Positions 41,344-53,073 of a stretch of DNA of 64,000 bases are shown here, piece by piece; the first letter of the stretch is position 1; the number at the start of each line of letters is the position of its first letter. Both the position numbers and the translations under genes were made by a program. This stretch comes from Octopus vulgaris (lineage: Eukaryota), in NCBI GenBank assembly GCA_951406725.2, contig OX597820.1:17174001-17238000 (forward strand), read 5' to 3'. The notes beneath the pieces are model-generated. The model was not told where the DNA came from and did not search any database. It saw nothing but the letters and a program-made list of their open reading frames with translations.

Positions 41344-43341
41344 ACACGATTACATCTCCAACTTCCCTTATGGTGAACTCCCACAACCTAAACTCAAACC
41401 CAACACCAGTAAAAGAGAATGGGAAATCATCCATACGCTACGAGACAATCATGACGTCACAATAAAGGAAGCTGATAAGGGTAGTACGGTCGTTGTTATG
41501 AATACTGAGCAATATAAAAACTCTGTATCTCTCCTTTTAGAGGATACCACATACTACGAAAGAGTAGTCGACTACCAGCAATCCAAAACAATGACCAATC
41601 TGAAGGCACTCATTTACCAACACCGGAATGACTTGACAGCAAAGGAATGCGACTACATTACTAAATTTAATTGCAAAACCAGCACACTCTATGGGCTTCC
41701 AAAAATACACAAGAGTCAAATTATCACAGAAGCTTGCAAAAAGTCCACTTCAACCTGCATCACTATACCACATCCCACTGATCTCAAACTGAGACCAATA
41801 GTGGCAGGCCCAAGTTGTGAAACACACAGACTTAGCAACTTTATAGATATCATCTTAAAGCCAATACTGAAACACATTCCAAGTATTGTAAGAGATGACC
41901 TGGACCTATTAAACCATCTCCCCAAACATGCCGATAAAGACACCTTAATCGTTTCTTTTGATGTTATTAATCTTTACACCACAATCCCACATGAATTTGG
42001 ACTGGAAGCCATTAAATTCTGGCTGGATAAATATCCCAATGAGATCCCGGAAAGAATTAAAAAAGAATTCATAATTGAGGGCCTCAAATTTATTCTGCAA
42101 AACAACTTCATGTATTTCCACAACAACACTTACAGACAGGTCTCAGGGACTGCAATGGGTACGAAAGTTGCACCTACCTATGCAAACCTGGTGATGGCCT
42201 ACCTGGAATCACATATCTATGAAAAATCCAAATATAAGTACGGCCAGTCTTTCCACAAATACCTGTTGGAGAACTGGAAACGCTACTTAGATGATTGCCT
42301 CATCCTATGGTCCCACACACTCGACCAACTTATAGACTTCAAAAACCTTATCAACAGTGTAAATAACAACATTCAATTCACAATGGAATATAGTCAGGAC
42401 CAACTCCCTTTTCTTGACATCCTAATCATTAAAAAAGGCGTCAACATTGAAACTGACATCCATTACAAACCCACTGACTCTAAACAATACCTTCTATTCA
42501 CCTCCAATCACCCAAAACACACAAAGACAAATATCCCCTTCAACCTAGCGAGAAGAATCTGCACTATTGTCTCAAATGACACAACACGAAATAGAAGACT
42601 CCGGGAACTAAGGGCAATTCTTCTCGAAAGACATTACCCGGCATCACTAGTAGACAACGGAATAGAACGGGCCAAATCAATCAACATTCAAGACCTTCGA
42701 AAACCCAAACACATCCACAGTACAGTCAATAGCCTCCCTTATCTCTCAACACACAACCCAAGGAATGCAGAAGCTTACACTATTATATACAACAACATTC
42801 CACAACTAAATCAAGACCCACGCCTGAAAAAAATACTGGCAGCTCATAAAATAATAAAAAGTAAGAGACAACCTAAATCCCTAAAAAACCTCCTCACCAA
42901 CGCAAAATTACACAACACAAACCCACCGCCCACCATCAAAAAATGTGGTCGCCCCAACTGTAAGACCTGCATCCACCTCATTGAGGGATCGTCGTACAAG
43001 TTCCACTCGGGACACACATTCATCATAAAAAATAACTTCACGTGCGCATCAAAAAAAATTTACTCTACGTCATAAGGTGTGAAGGATGCCACGAAGACTA
43101 CATAGGGCAAACGAGCCTTACCCTCAGAGACAGAATGACAGTTCACCGACAACAACTGAGGGACCCCTCCACAAGACAGATACCACTAAGTGGACACTTA
43201 GACCTTTGTGCACACAATAAGTCCCCCAAATTCTTAGTCTTCCCACTATACCAATGCTCGGACAACACCACAGACCAAACACGAATAAATAAGGAAAGTA
43301 ATCTTATTCAAAAATACAGACCACAACTAAACATACTCTAA
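41344..43341 (+). CDS. Penelope-like element polyprotein (RT + GIY-YIG endonuclease, Neptune-like); 5'-truncated, +2 frameshift at the A8 run 43051-58
   Basis: Frame is open from the junction (..IKEADKGSTVVVM). Motifs: LYGLPKIHK, LRPIVAG, SFDVINLYT, GTAMGT..AP.YANL, RYLDD, LPFLD, CGRPNCKTC linker, LLY..YIGQT. Confidence 0.92.
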
Positions 43342-43489
43342 CATACCCCCTGGAAGCACATCCAGAGCAAGCACACAGGGACGCGCGCACGCTCACAGCA
43401 TATCGTGCGGGCGGGCACATGCGCGCATCGGCACGCATAGGACACACTAGCGGGCATTGACCGCACACATACGTGGCATGCACACGCAT

Positions 43490-43526
43490 GCATTATATAT
43501 ATGTAGGTGATGTATGTGTGTGAGTG

Positions 43527-43558
<32 letters not shown>

Positions 43559-43657
43559 ACTGTGTGCGTGTGTGTGTATATGTGTGTGTGCGCGCGTTGT
43601 TTGTGTGTGTGTGTGTGCACGTGTGTATATATGTGTGTGTGTGTGTGCACTGTGTGC

Positions 43658-43693
<36 letters not shown>

Positions 43694-44544
43694 CATTGTG
43701 TACGTGTGTATGTATTTACATATGTATCTGTTTTTATATATATATATATATGTGTGTGTGTGTTGTGTGTGTATATGCATGGTATGTGTGTATATGTTAG
43801 TACTTTGTTTGTGTGTATGTGCGGCATGTAGAGATATATTTGAGTGTGTACGCTATAGGTTTGTAATTTGTGTGTGTGTGGGGTGGGTGAATTTTTTATA
43901 TATATATATGTGTGTGAAAAAATATATGTATGTGCATGTATGTATGTATGTATGTGTGTATATATATATATATGTGTATATATATGTGTGTGTGTGTATG
44001 TGTGTGTGTGTATATTTATTTGCATGTTTATGTGTGTATAAACATGTACATTATTTGCATGCGCATTGTGTATATGTATATTGTATGTATGTGTATTGTA
44101 TATGTACGTGTACAATTAAGTGTATATATTTGTGTGTATGTGTGCACTGTATATATGTATATTGTAGGTGTGCTATATGTGCATGAATACATGTATATGC
44201 ATTGCGTGTATATATATGTATGCATTGTGTGTGTATGTATGTTATGTGTGTGTGTGTGTATATATATATTATATGTATGCGTATGTGTATGTGTATGCAT
44301 TGTATGTATGTGTGTTGTGTGTATATGTGGTACATCTATGTATGTGTATGTAAACACTATTTATATGTATATGTGTATATATGTATATGCATTGTCTATA
44401 TATATATATATTATATGTATGTATTACGTATGTATATTGCATGCATATATTGTGTATGTATATTACTTACATGCTGTATGTGTGTATTGTATGTGTGTAT
44501 ATATATGCTAGGTGTATTTGTGTGATATTTATATTATGTATGTA

Positions 44545-44592
<48 letters not shown>

Positions 44593-44812
44593 GTGTGTGT
44601 ATGTGTGTTATATATCTGTGTATGTTATATATAGATACATGTTATATTTGTGTGCTGTGTGTATATGTGATATATGTGGGTGCGTTGTGTGTGGGTGTGT
44701 GTGTTCTGTGTGTGTGTGTGTTGTTTGTATGTGGTGTGTGTTTGTATACTATGTGTGTGTGTGTGTGTGTTGTTGTGTGTGTGTGTGTTTGTGTGTATAT
44801 ATATGTGTGTGA
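43490..44812 (+). repeat. Degenerate (GT/AT) low-complexity tract inside the PLE 3' region
   Basis: Mirrored almost base for base at ~38705-40030. Confidence 0.85.
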
Positions 44813-45170
44813 CAAACAGACGCTGTCTGACCAGCAGGCACGGACACATCTATTCACACCCGCATACTAACCTCCTGATAACCCCAAAATCATTCATGCA
44901 TAAAGGGGAAGTATACACCACATTGGCTACTTCTTCTGTTCTCTCAGTTCAGCCTTTCTGCTAATACTGACAGGTCAGTAAAAACATACTTAAAATATTC
45001 TGAGATGTACAAAAAAGCCATTTTAATTTTTGCTGTCAAAACGCTGTATATATATACCAAAGATTGTATATATATACATGTAATGTGACAATTTGCGACA
45101 ACCAATAATTAACGCAACCAATTCCCAATAATATATTTGTTTTATCCTTTTCTGCCAAATTTTCCCAAAT

Positions 45171-45395
45171 AATGTGACAATTATGTATAAAAAAACATTT
45201 TTGAATTCATAATATCCAATGTGACAATTATGTAAAAAACATTTTTGAATTCATAATATCCAATGTGACAATTATGTAAAAAACTTTTTTTGAACCCATA
45301 ATATCCAATGTGACAATTATGTAAAAAACTTTTTTGAATGCATAATATTCAATGTGACAATTATGTAAAAAACTTTTTTTGAACCCATATTATTC
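45171..45395 (+). repeat. Five ~44-47 bp tandem repeats (aatgtgacaattatgtaaaaaac..gaa..cataatatcc)
   Basis: Units start at 45171, 45218, 45262, 45307 and 45351. Confidence 0.9.
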
Positions 45396-45404
45396 AATGT
45401 TTCC

Positions 45405-45470
45405 TTAAATGTAACTTTTGACAATCTTTTACCAAAGAGTGAAACCGGTTAAGTAAATAAACATCGTTTA
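45405..45470 (+). ncRNA. Minimal hammerhead ribozyme at the PLE 3' end (U3-A8 variant)
   Basis: actt-TTGACAA(45418-24)-t-ctttt acca aagag-t-GAAA(45441-44)-ccgg-TT-aagt; stem I actt/aagt; palindromic stem III. Confidence 0.6.
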
Positions 45471-45495
45471 AATTGCATTTTCAAACCTTTTTTCT

Positions 45496-45565
<70 letters not shown>

Positions 45566-45567
45566 GT

Positions 45568-45605
<38 letters not shown>

Positions 45606-45829
45606 GTATATAATATTATTACAAATTTGGGATTTTACCAATAGGAACACAACTTCAATTTCAGGACAACCTTATTTACTGGAGTACACATAGAAAATTA
45701 TATCCAAAATTCTGATCTAATAATATAAGCATTTTAAAGCCTACTATAACATGCAATAAGAATAAAATACATTAGTTTTAAAATATATATACCTTACCTG
45801 TTATTAGTCTGTGGGGAAAAAAGATAATA

Positions 45830-45920
45830 TTAATCGACGCTACACGTGTTTCAGCACCGGTATTTGTTTTACCACTCTATACCTAATACATAAATCCACC
45901 AGTGCGTCCTCAGGCTATTT
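45830..45920 (-). ncRNA. Type I hammerhead ribozyme in a short element (~45610-45990) between (TA)n tracts
   Basis: Minus strand gc-CTGAGGA(45913-07)-c-gcactggt/accggtgc-t-GAAA(45852-49)-cacgtg-TA-gc. Confidence 0.7.
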
Positions 45921-45990
45921 TAATTATTATTATTATTAACGGATCCAACTTAATCCTGCAAATTCTAAGACATCTTCTTTGAATATAAGA

Positions 45991-46041
<51 letters not shown>

Positions 46042-46441
46042 TCACGTAAACCCGAAGAATATATATATACATTTCACGTAAACTTTATGGTAAGAGAGTA
46101 TAGGTACACCAGCTTTGTCGGAGAAGACGCGAATCTTGGGTGATGAAGAAATCCTATTGATGGTTTTCGAAAGCTGCTCTTTGAAAGAAGATTTGTGCTT
46201 GGAAAATTTTAAAGTCTTAATCATGTTAAGGATATCGGTTTTGAATTTATCCACGTGGAGGTTGTGAGGAGGGTTTTTGTATGACTTAATGTTATATTCA
46301 ATATCTATGCTTTCCTCCGACTTGTATCGGAAATCTACAATGGCTCCATAACTCGCATCTCGGCTATAACCTTGGAGCCCTGGCAATCCGTTACAGCGTA
46401 TCTAGTCGCTTAGATCAACTGTGAACTAAACCCTCATATTT

Positions 46442-46445
<4 letters not shown>
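46042..46445 (-). pseudogene. Fragment resembling the N-terminal pre-RT region of a second PLE lineage
   Basis: YNIKSYKNPP..FKTDILNMIKTLKF..SSFKEQL..I..I.SS.KIRVFSDK resembles the region that leads into the (A)DKT motif of some PLE RTs. Recognised from memory, not searched. Confidence 0.5.
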
Positions 46446-46479
<34 letters not shown>

Positions 46480-46505
46480 TAAACAACAACAACAACAACA
46501 ACAAC

Positions 46506-46565
<60 letters not shown>

Positions 46566-46624
46566 TATAATATAATAATAATATGAGGGTTCAACGATTT
46601 CTTAGCGAACAACCAAACAGTTGA

Positions 46625-46850
46625 TTTATTTTATAATGACCAACTGTTTGTGTAGATATAAGCTTACTCCTCCCATCAAATCGACTTTACCTGTACAGGT
46701 GAAATGGGTGCCACATGTCAGATGTCGAAATGATCGCAAAGCAATGTGAAATGAAGTGCTTTGCTCAAGAACACAACACAACGCTCGGTCTGAGAATCGA
46801 ACCCACGACATCGCGATCGTGAATGCAACACCCTAACCACTAAGCCATTT
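46625..46850 (-). mobile_element. SINE family D
   Basis: Minus strand ggcttagtggttagggtgttgc..cacgatcgcga..gttcgattc..tgttcttgagcaaagcac. Confidence 0.7.
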
Positions 46851-46864
46851 TCATTACGTCTTAA

Positions 46865-47015
46865 AACCTCTTCAATAGTCATTGACTCTGCCTATTGAAG
46901 AGGTTGCGAGATGCAAAGAAAATTTTAGACAAAATATATAAGTAAATCAGTGGAAATGAAACCGGTGAGTGTGTTAAGTAGTAAAGCACTATAAAAAGAA
47001 TGACTCTCCCCAGAC

Positions 47016-47022
<7 letters not shown>
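46865..47022 (+). mobile_element. Family G mini-element with HHR core and short inverted left arm
   Basis: aacctcttcaatag(46865-78)/ctattgaagaggtt(46892-905); TTGAAGA-g-gttgc..gcaaa-GAAA; tail matches 9700-9784. Confidence 0.65.
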
Positions 47023-47059
<37 letters not shown>

Positions 47060-47777
47060 ACATCCACACATCCACGCACACACACATACACACGCACACA
47101 GATGCAAATACGCAGGCGCACACGCATATGATTTAAATCTACAAAGTTAAGCATGGATCAAATTGCAAAGCAAACCAGTGATGTTTATCATAAAGCATTT
47201 GAAGAAGAAATTACCATTAAGGAAACTTTCTCTCTCTCTCTCTCAAATACACATAATCTCTCTCTCTCTCCCTCACACACACACACGCAAGAGAAAGGGA
47301 TAAAAGGAATAAATACACAATAACCATCAAAATGTTCACAAATCTCAATTGCACACTCATTCCTTTTTTACATTAATTATTCACGTGAAATCTTAGTATC
47401 TGATGCGCATTTTATTTCTGTTTACGACAAGCGAAATACATCAAGTATTCTAGAAGTACTTACATACTTTCTGCTTCAGTAGTCAGCTTTTTTCACAAAT
47501 TTATTCCGGAAGCTAATTAGGACTATGTTTATTCATTCATCTATTTTATATGGCAGTTATCAAAAATGATGTTGCATTTCCTTTTCTCTTTTACGAAGGA
47601 GGAATAAATAATATTCACGAACAAAATATTGTATATAATATATTATAATGTTTAACACTAAAGAAACAAAATAGTAATGGCGACTGACAGGAAGAAAGAA
47701 CGTCAATACTTATCCAGTCCAACTCTCACTCATTTTTATCAACAGTTTCTTTCTTCTTTACAATATATATATGTTAT

Positions 47778-48010
47778 GAAGGCGGCGAGCTGGCAGAATC
47801 GTTAGCACGCCGAGCGAAATGCGTAGCCGTATTTCGTCTGACGTTACGTTCTGAGTTCAAACTCCGCCGAGGTCGACTTTGCCTTTCATCCTTTCGAGGT
47901 CGATAAATTAAATACCAGTTACGCACTGGGGTCGATGTAATCGACTTAATCCATTTGTGTGTCCTTGTTTGTCCCCTCTATGTTTAGCCCCTTGTGGGTA
48001 ATAAAAAAAC
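47778..48010 (+). mobile_element. SINE family B
   Basis: Well-preserved monomer. Confidence 0.85.
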
Positions 48011-48029
48011 GGATATAAATGTTATGAAT

Positions 48030-48372
48030 AGTCCATTGGTTAGGGCAGCGAACTCGCGGTTGGAGGATCGCAGTTTCGATTCCCAGACCGGGCGTAGTGA
48101 GTGTTTATTGAGCGAAACCATCTAATGTTCCACGAGGCCCGGCAGGGGTGGTGGCGAACCCTGCTGTACTCTTTCGCCACAATTTATTTTCACCCTTCCT
48201 GGTTCTGTTGTACCTGTATTTCAAAGGGGCGAGCCTTGTCACACTCTGTGTCACGCTGAATCTCCCCAAGTTAAGAGTACACGTGTCTGTCGAGTGCTCA
48301 GCCACTTGCACGCTAATTTCACGTGCAGGCTGTTCCGTTGATCGGATCAACTTAACCGACGGAGTGCCACGT
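48030..48372 (+). mobile_element. SINE family C
   Basis: Matches 60825-61200. Confidence 0.8.
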
Positions 48373-48411
48373 ACATACATGCACACACACACACACACAC
48401 ATACACACTCA

Positions 48412-48487
<76 letters not shown>

Positions 48488-48559
48488 TATATATATACAC
48501 CACGTCATAATGTGCTTCATCAGACTGTAGCAATGTGCTTTGTATCATTGTTTTAGTTT

Positions 48560-48730
48560 TTCAGCTTTCAGGTGATGCCATCTCAACATATTTCCCTCTC
48601 AAAATCACACACTTACCACAGCGGTTCCTCATTTTTTTTCTAAGCCGCGTAAAAGATCTCGGAGGGCTGGACTTCCATCCAGGCATTTCGTGACATTTTT
48701 AAAGCCAGGAACTTTTCAGCACTCCTCGTA
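48560..48730 (-). mobile_element. Mariner-type DNA transposon remnant (TIR joined to transposase C-terminus)
   Basis: Minus strand starts TACGAGGAGTGCTGAAAAGTTCCTGGCTTT (TA + mariner-like TIR), then QPSEIFY..KKMRNRCGKCVILRGKYVE. Second TIR not found. Confidence 0.6.
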
Positions 48731-49149
48731 CATCAATGCTCTGTTGATGCCCTGTGTTTGGCGATGAATGAATTAGAAAGTTTTGCTAACGATGGACGGC
48801 TGACGACCAGGAAAGACATGTGAAATGAAAGAAAAGGTATTTAGAAGAGCGTGAATTGTATGGCACAAACTGAGTGAAACTTTTGACAGGAACTATATTT
48901 TACGTTCATAATATCAAATTAGATGAGGAATTGAATTTAGGACGCTAATGTAATTTCTTCTGAAGACAAAATGTTTGGAAACGAATAACGAAATAAATGC
49001 AGGATTCATTAATACACACAAAGACACACAGACACACACGCTTGTGTATATGAAGTGTATGTATGTATGTATGTATGTATGTATGTATGTATGTATGTAT
49101 GTATGTATGTATGTATGTATGAATGTATGTATGAATGCATGTATGAATG

Positions 49150-49261
<112 letters not shown>

Positions 49262-50138
49262 ATGTACACACACACGCTTGTGTATATTGTATATATGTGT
49301 ATACGAAGTGTATGTATGTATATATGTATGTATCTATATATATATAGAGAGAGAGAGGGAGAGAGGGAGAGAGAAAGAGAGAGAGAAATGTACAAACATA
49401 TATATATATATATATCACATGTACACACACACACACACAAGCACACGTACATATGATACCTGTTGACTCGATACCGAGTATGACCACACCACATTTTACA
49501 CTTCCGTCGTTTTGCCATTTACGATTCAGTACCTCCTTCTCGTGGATTCAGACTGGATTTGTGTAGAATGAAGCTGACCTACAGTTTCTATTTCGACACC
49601 CAGATATGCATTTTACTAGCATGCGTTCTTTGGACTGGGTAAGATTACCACAGGAATATGTTCTGTTAATATGTCCTATTCAACCAGGATTTGATTAGTA
49701 GATTTCATGGCAATTTAGGCAAAGAAAATCGGTTGATTGTTACAGAGGGAATTGCTCTTCTTTCCTTCTCAAAAAATAGCTCTCCCATATTTCTCTTTCC
49801 CATTTTCTTTTTTACATTTCCATAGGTCATTCCTATACAATTTTTTAGAAGTACAGGATCAGAAGTTACCATTTAAGTCGAAATAGTTTTTTGTTTCTGA
49901 CTTTACCACACCTATTCATCAATTATTTCACAACCACCGGAGAGCGAAGCGCTCCATTCGAACGCCGGTTCGTGAAATGGTTGTGATCTGTACGCAGTAT
50001 TGAGTGAGAACTGGAAAAACAATAATGAACACAGAATGCGCACGTGCACACAGAATTCGTAAAACAGGAGAGAAGAATAAAAACGCAATGCGCATGTCAA
50101 AATAAAACGGAAGAGAAGAATAAAAGCGTAATGTCAAA

Positions 50139-50533
50139 TCTTTATATATAAAAGTGAAGTTGTGTGTCTGTCGCCTACGATTTAGATTCCTAACTACTCC
50201 CACATTTTGCAGTGCAGTTTAACCAAAACCGGGTATCTTATAGTCGTGATTCATATCGAGCCCTTCTGGGTATTAGCGCGCGTCTACGATGAGTCTACGA
50301 TTTAAAAAAAATTACCATAATTTTTTTCCATTTTAATGCATTTTTTCGCTATTATATAAGGGAAGTAACTCTCTAAAAATGTCTACGATAAGTCAACGAT
50401 TTAAAAAAATTTTACCATCATTTTTTTCCCATTTTTAATGCATTTTTTTGCTATTTTTTGGCTATAACTCTCTAAAAATACTTATATAGTTATTTCCCTT
50501 ACAAACCCGAGCAACACCGGGTGATACTGCTAG
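50139..50533 (+). mobile_element. Non-autonomous Helitron
   Basis: A|TC 5' start (tctttatatataaaa); 3' hairpin cccg..cggg (50506-21); CTAG|T end at 50530-33; internal ~85 bp duplication. Confidence 0.75.
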
Positions 50534-50644
50534 TAAGGTATATGATGGTCTGTATGCCACATGTGACACCCCTGTCATGCAGATTTGCTGCAATATTTTT
50601 TTTGTTTCTAAATTCAGTAATTAGCGCTTAGCTTTCTATGTTTT

Positions 50645-50850
50645 ATCTTTTTCAGTTACTATATTGTGGCCATGCTGGGCCGCAGCACTTACGAAGGATT
50701 TCAGTCAAGAACTCGACATTGTACTTAAGATTAATATTTATTTTATTGGGCTCTTTTTTTGCCGAACTACAACGCTTAAGGACGTAAACAAACCACCCTG
50801 GTTGTCAACTGGTAGTGAGGGACAAATAAAAACACAAAGACGCATAAAAA
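50645..50850 (-). mobile_element. SINE family A 3' fragment
   Basis: tgtggccatgctgg...tttttgccgaac..gacgtaaaca..ggttgtcaa. Confidence 0.6.
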
Positions 50851-50956
50851 TATACGTAAATACATATATATCTACTAATATACACACACACATATATATA
50901 TTATGTATAATATATATATGTATTTCATATATATTATATATTATATTATATATATA

Positions 50957-51010
<54 letters not shown>

Positions 51011-51099
51011 TATGTTATATATATTATATTATTGGCCTGCTCGCTTAGGCAGCGGGGTGGTTAAAACAATGTGAAGCGCATTGTAACCAGCGGGCATAT

Positions 51100-51382
51100 T
51101 GGTAGTAGTGGTTAAGAGCGCGGGCTACTAACCCCAAGATTCCGAGTTCGATTCCAAGCAGTGATCTGAGCAATGACAATAATAATAATAATAATAATAA
51201 TAATGATAATAATAATTATAACAACAACAACAACAACAACATCGAAAAATACCTTAGGAATGAGAACCCAGGTTCGAAATTTCCTCAAGACACCTGAAGG
51301 AGGCTGGAGAATATATCAGCCGAAACGTGTTAACAACAAACAAGATGAGGACAAATATCCGTCGCATGGAAATAATGTACAT
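51100..51382 (+). mobile_element. SINE-like element: tRNA-type head + (AAT/AAC)n + hammerhead module
   Basis: A box tagtggttaagagc; B box gagttcgattcc; then acac-CTGAAGG(51294-300)-a-ggctg/cagcc-GAAA-cg-tgtt. Confidence 0.7.
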
Positions 51383-52702
51383 GTTTTGTTTATACACATA
51401 TACATGTGTGTATGTGTGTGTGTATGTGTGTGTGTGTGTATGTGTGTGTGTGTGTGTGTCTGTCCGTCTGTGTCTGAGTGTCTGTGTGTTTGCGTCTGTA
51501 TTTGTCTCTCAGCGAACCGCTCGAAACGGTGTTGCTCTTTTTCACGCCCCCGAACTTAGTGGTTCAGAAACAAAGACCGATAGAATCAGTAATCGGACTT
51601 CGTTTGACTGAAGTCTTTCAAGGCGGTGCCCCAGCATGGCTGCAGTTCTATGCCTGAAACAAGTGAAAGATGAAAGACAAAATTTAAACTGAAATAAGGC
51701 GGTGGATGGCAATGATGGGGAAGATATGTAGGAAGGAGAGAGTGTACCGATGCGCATGCTTTTGTTTGATATTTACTACTTCAACGATATTGTGAATTTG
51801 GGGTGAAATGCTACCAAAGACTGCTTAGTATGCTGAATTGTCATTGCACGTATACACAGCAGACACTTAGAAAGGTGTGTGGAATAAATATAAGAAATAC
51901 ATAAAATAGAATTTTGCAGAATACACAAAATAATGTAAATTACTTCACTGACAGTAAAATTCCTAGATAAGTACCCTCGACATATATACAAACATAAAGC
52001 AGCAGTTAAAAGTTACATACAATTGAATACACGAATGCGAACCCAAACACATACATATATACGCGTACATTAGGAGTATATGTGTGACTATTATATAAAA
52101 ATACAGACATATACAAATGTGTATATGCGGACGTGTATTAAACATGATAAATATCCCCAAGTATAAACAGATATATGTAAAGCATATGGAAGCGTATATA
52201 AATATAATGATGCACATATTTCTCTTTCTGTCTCTTTCGATATACATTTACATACACAAACACATACAGACGCACTCAAACAGAAAGATATTTATTGTCT
52301 TAAATACAATATTATATTGTTATTATAGTATCACGTACAGTAAAATCTAGTAAAAATATTATAGGTTTACAGCTTACATAAAATAACACAAAGTATTTTC
52401 TTTATATCCTACATACTTGTACACCTTTGCCTCCATATATTTTGTATACGAGCTTAAAAAAAATAGGACTTGGTTAAAAACAACATTATGATATTGCATC
52501 AAAGGAACTTCACTACATTAGTTATATAAGCATGAATATTTCATTATACGCCATTAAAAAGAATAGCCTTATATATCATTTATTAAAACAGTAGTTCACG
52601 AAATTTTGCTTATGATGCAGCAAGCTGTAGCATCAATCACGTATGTGATTCCTGCAATACCATTTATAGTGTAACTAATTGGGTATGTGTGTATATTTAA
52701 TA

Positions 52703-52735
<33 letters not shown>

Positions 52736-53032
52736 ATCCTTGTTGATAAAACATTTTACAAAACACTCTTAGTTAAAATTAGTACCAAGATGTTTAAATT
52801 TTAATTTGGTTTGTAAGCATAAAATATATTTATGCGGAATAATTATGCAAATTTTTCTTAAAGTCAGGCTAAAAAGATTCATTTTTTAAGCATAGAACCT
52901 ACATGATACATATAAACACTAGATTATATAACCATATATAACACACACATGCATATATATGTGTATATATGTGAGTAAATATAAGATATATATATATATA
53001 TTTACTCGTTTTATACGCATATACATATATAT

Positions 53033-53069
<37 letters not shown>

Positions 53070-53073
<4 letters not shown>

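Larger units (their letters stand above)
37983..45498. mobile_element. Penelope-like retroelement insertion in inverted (fold-back) configuration
   Basis: 38020-41343 is the reverse complement of 42195-45498. The unique spacer 41344-42194 is the upstream RT. Both outer ends abut (TA)n. Confidence 0.92.

Noticed and set aside
45171-45395. CRISPR-like periodicity
   Set aside because: Units are contiguous tandem repeats without unique spacers; eukaryotic context; no cas genes.
38020-45498. Large inverted repeat as a chimeric-read artefact or a TIR DNA transposon
   Set aside because: Mirroring ends at the element boundary with different flanks, the arms contain RT/GIY-YIG coding sequence, and the same geometry recurs in smaller elements. 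Read-level confirmation is still advisable.
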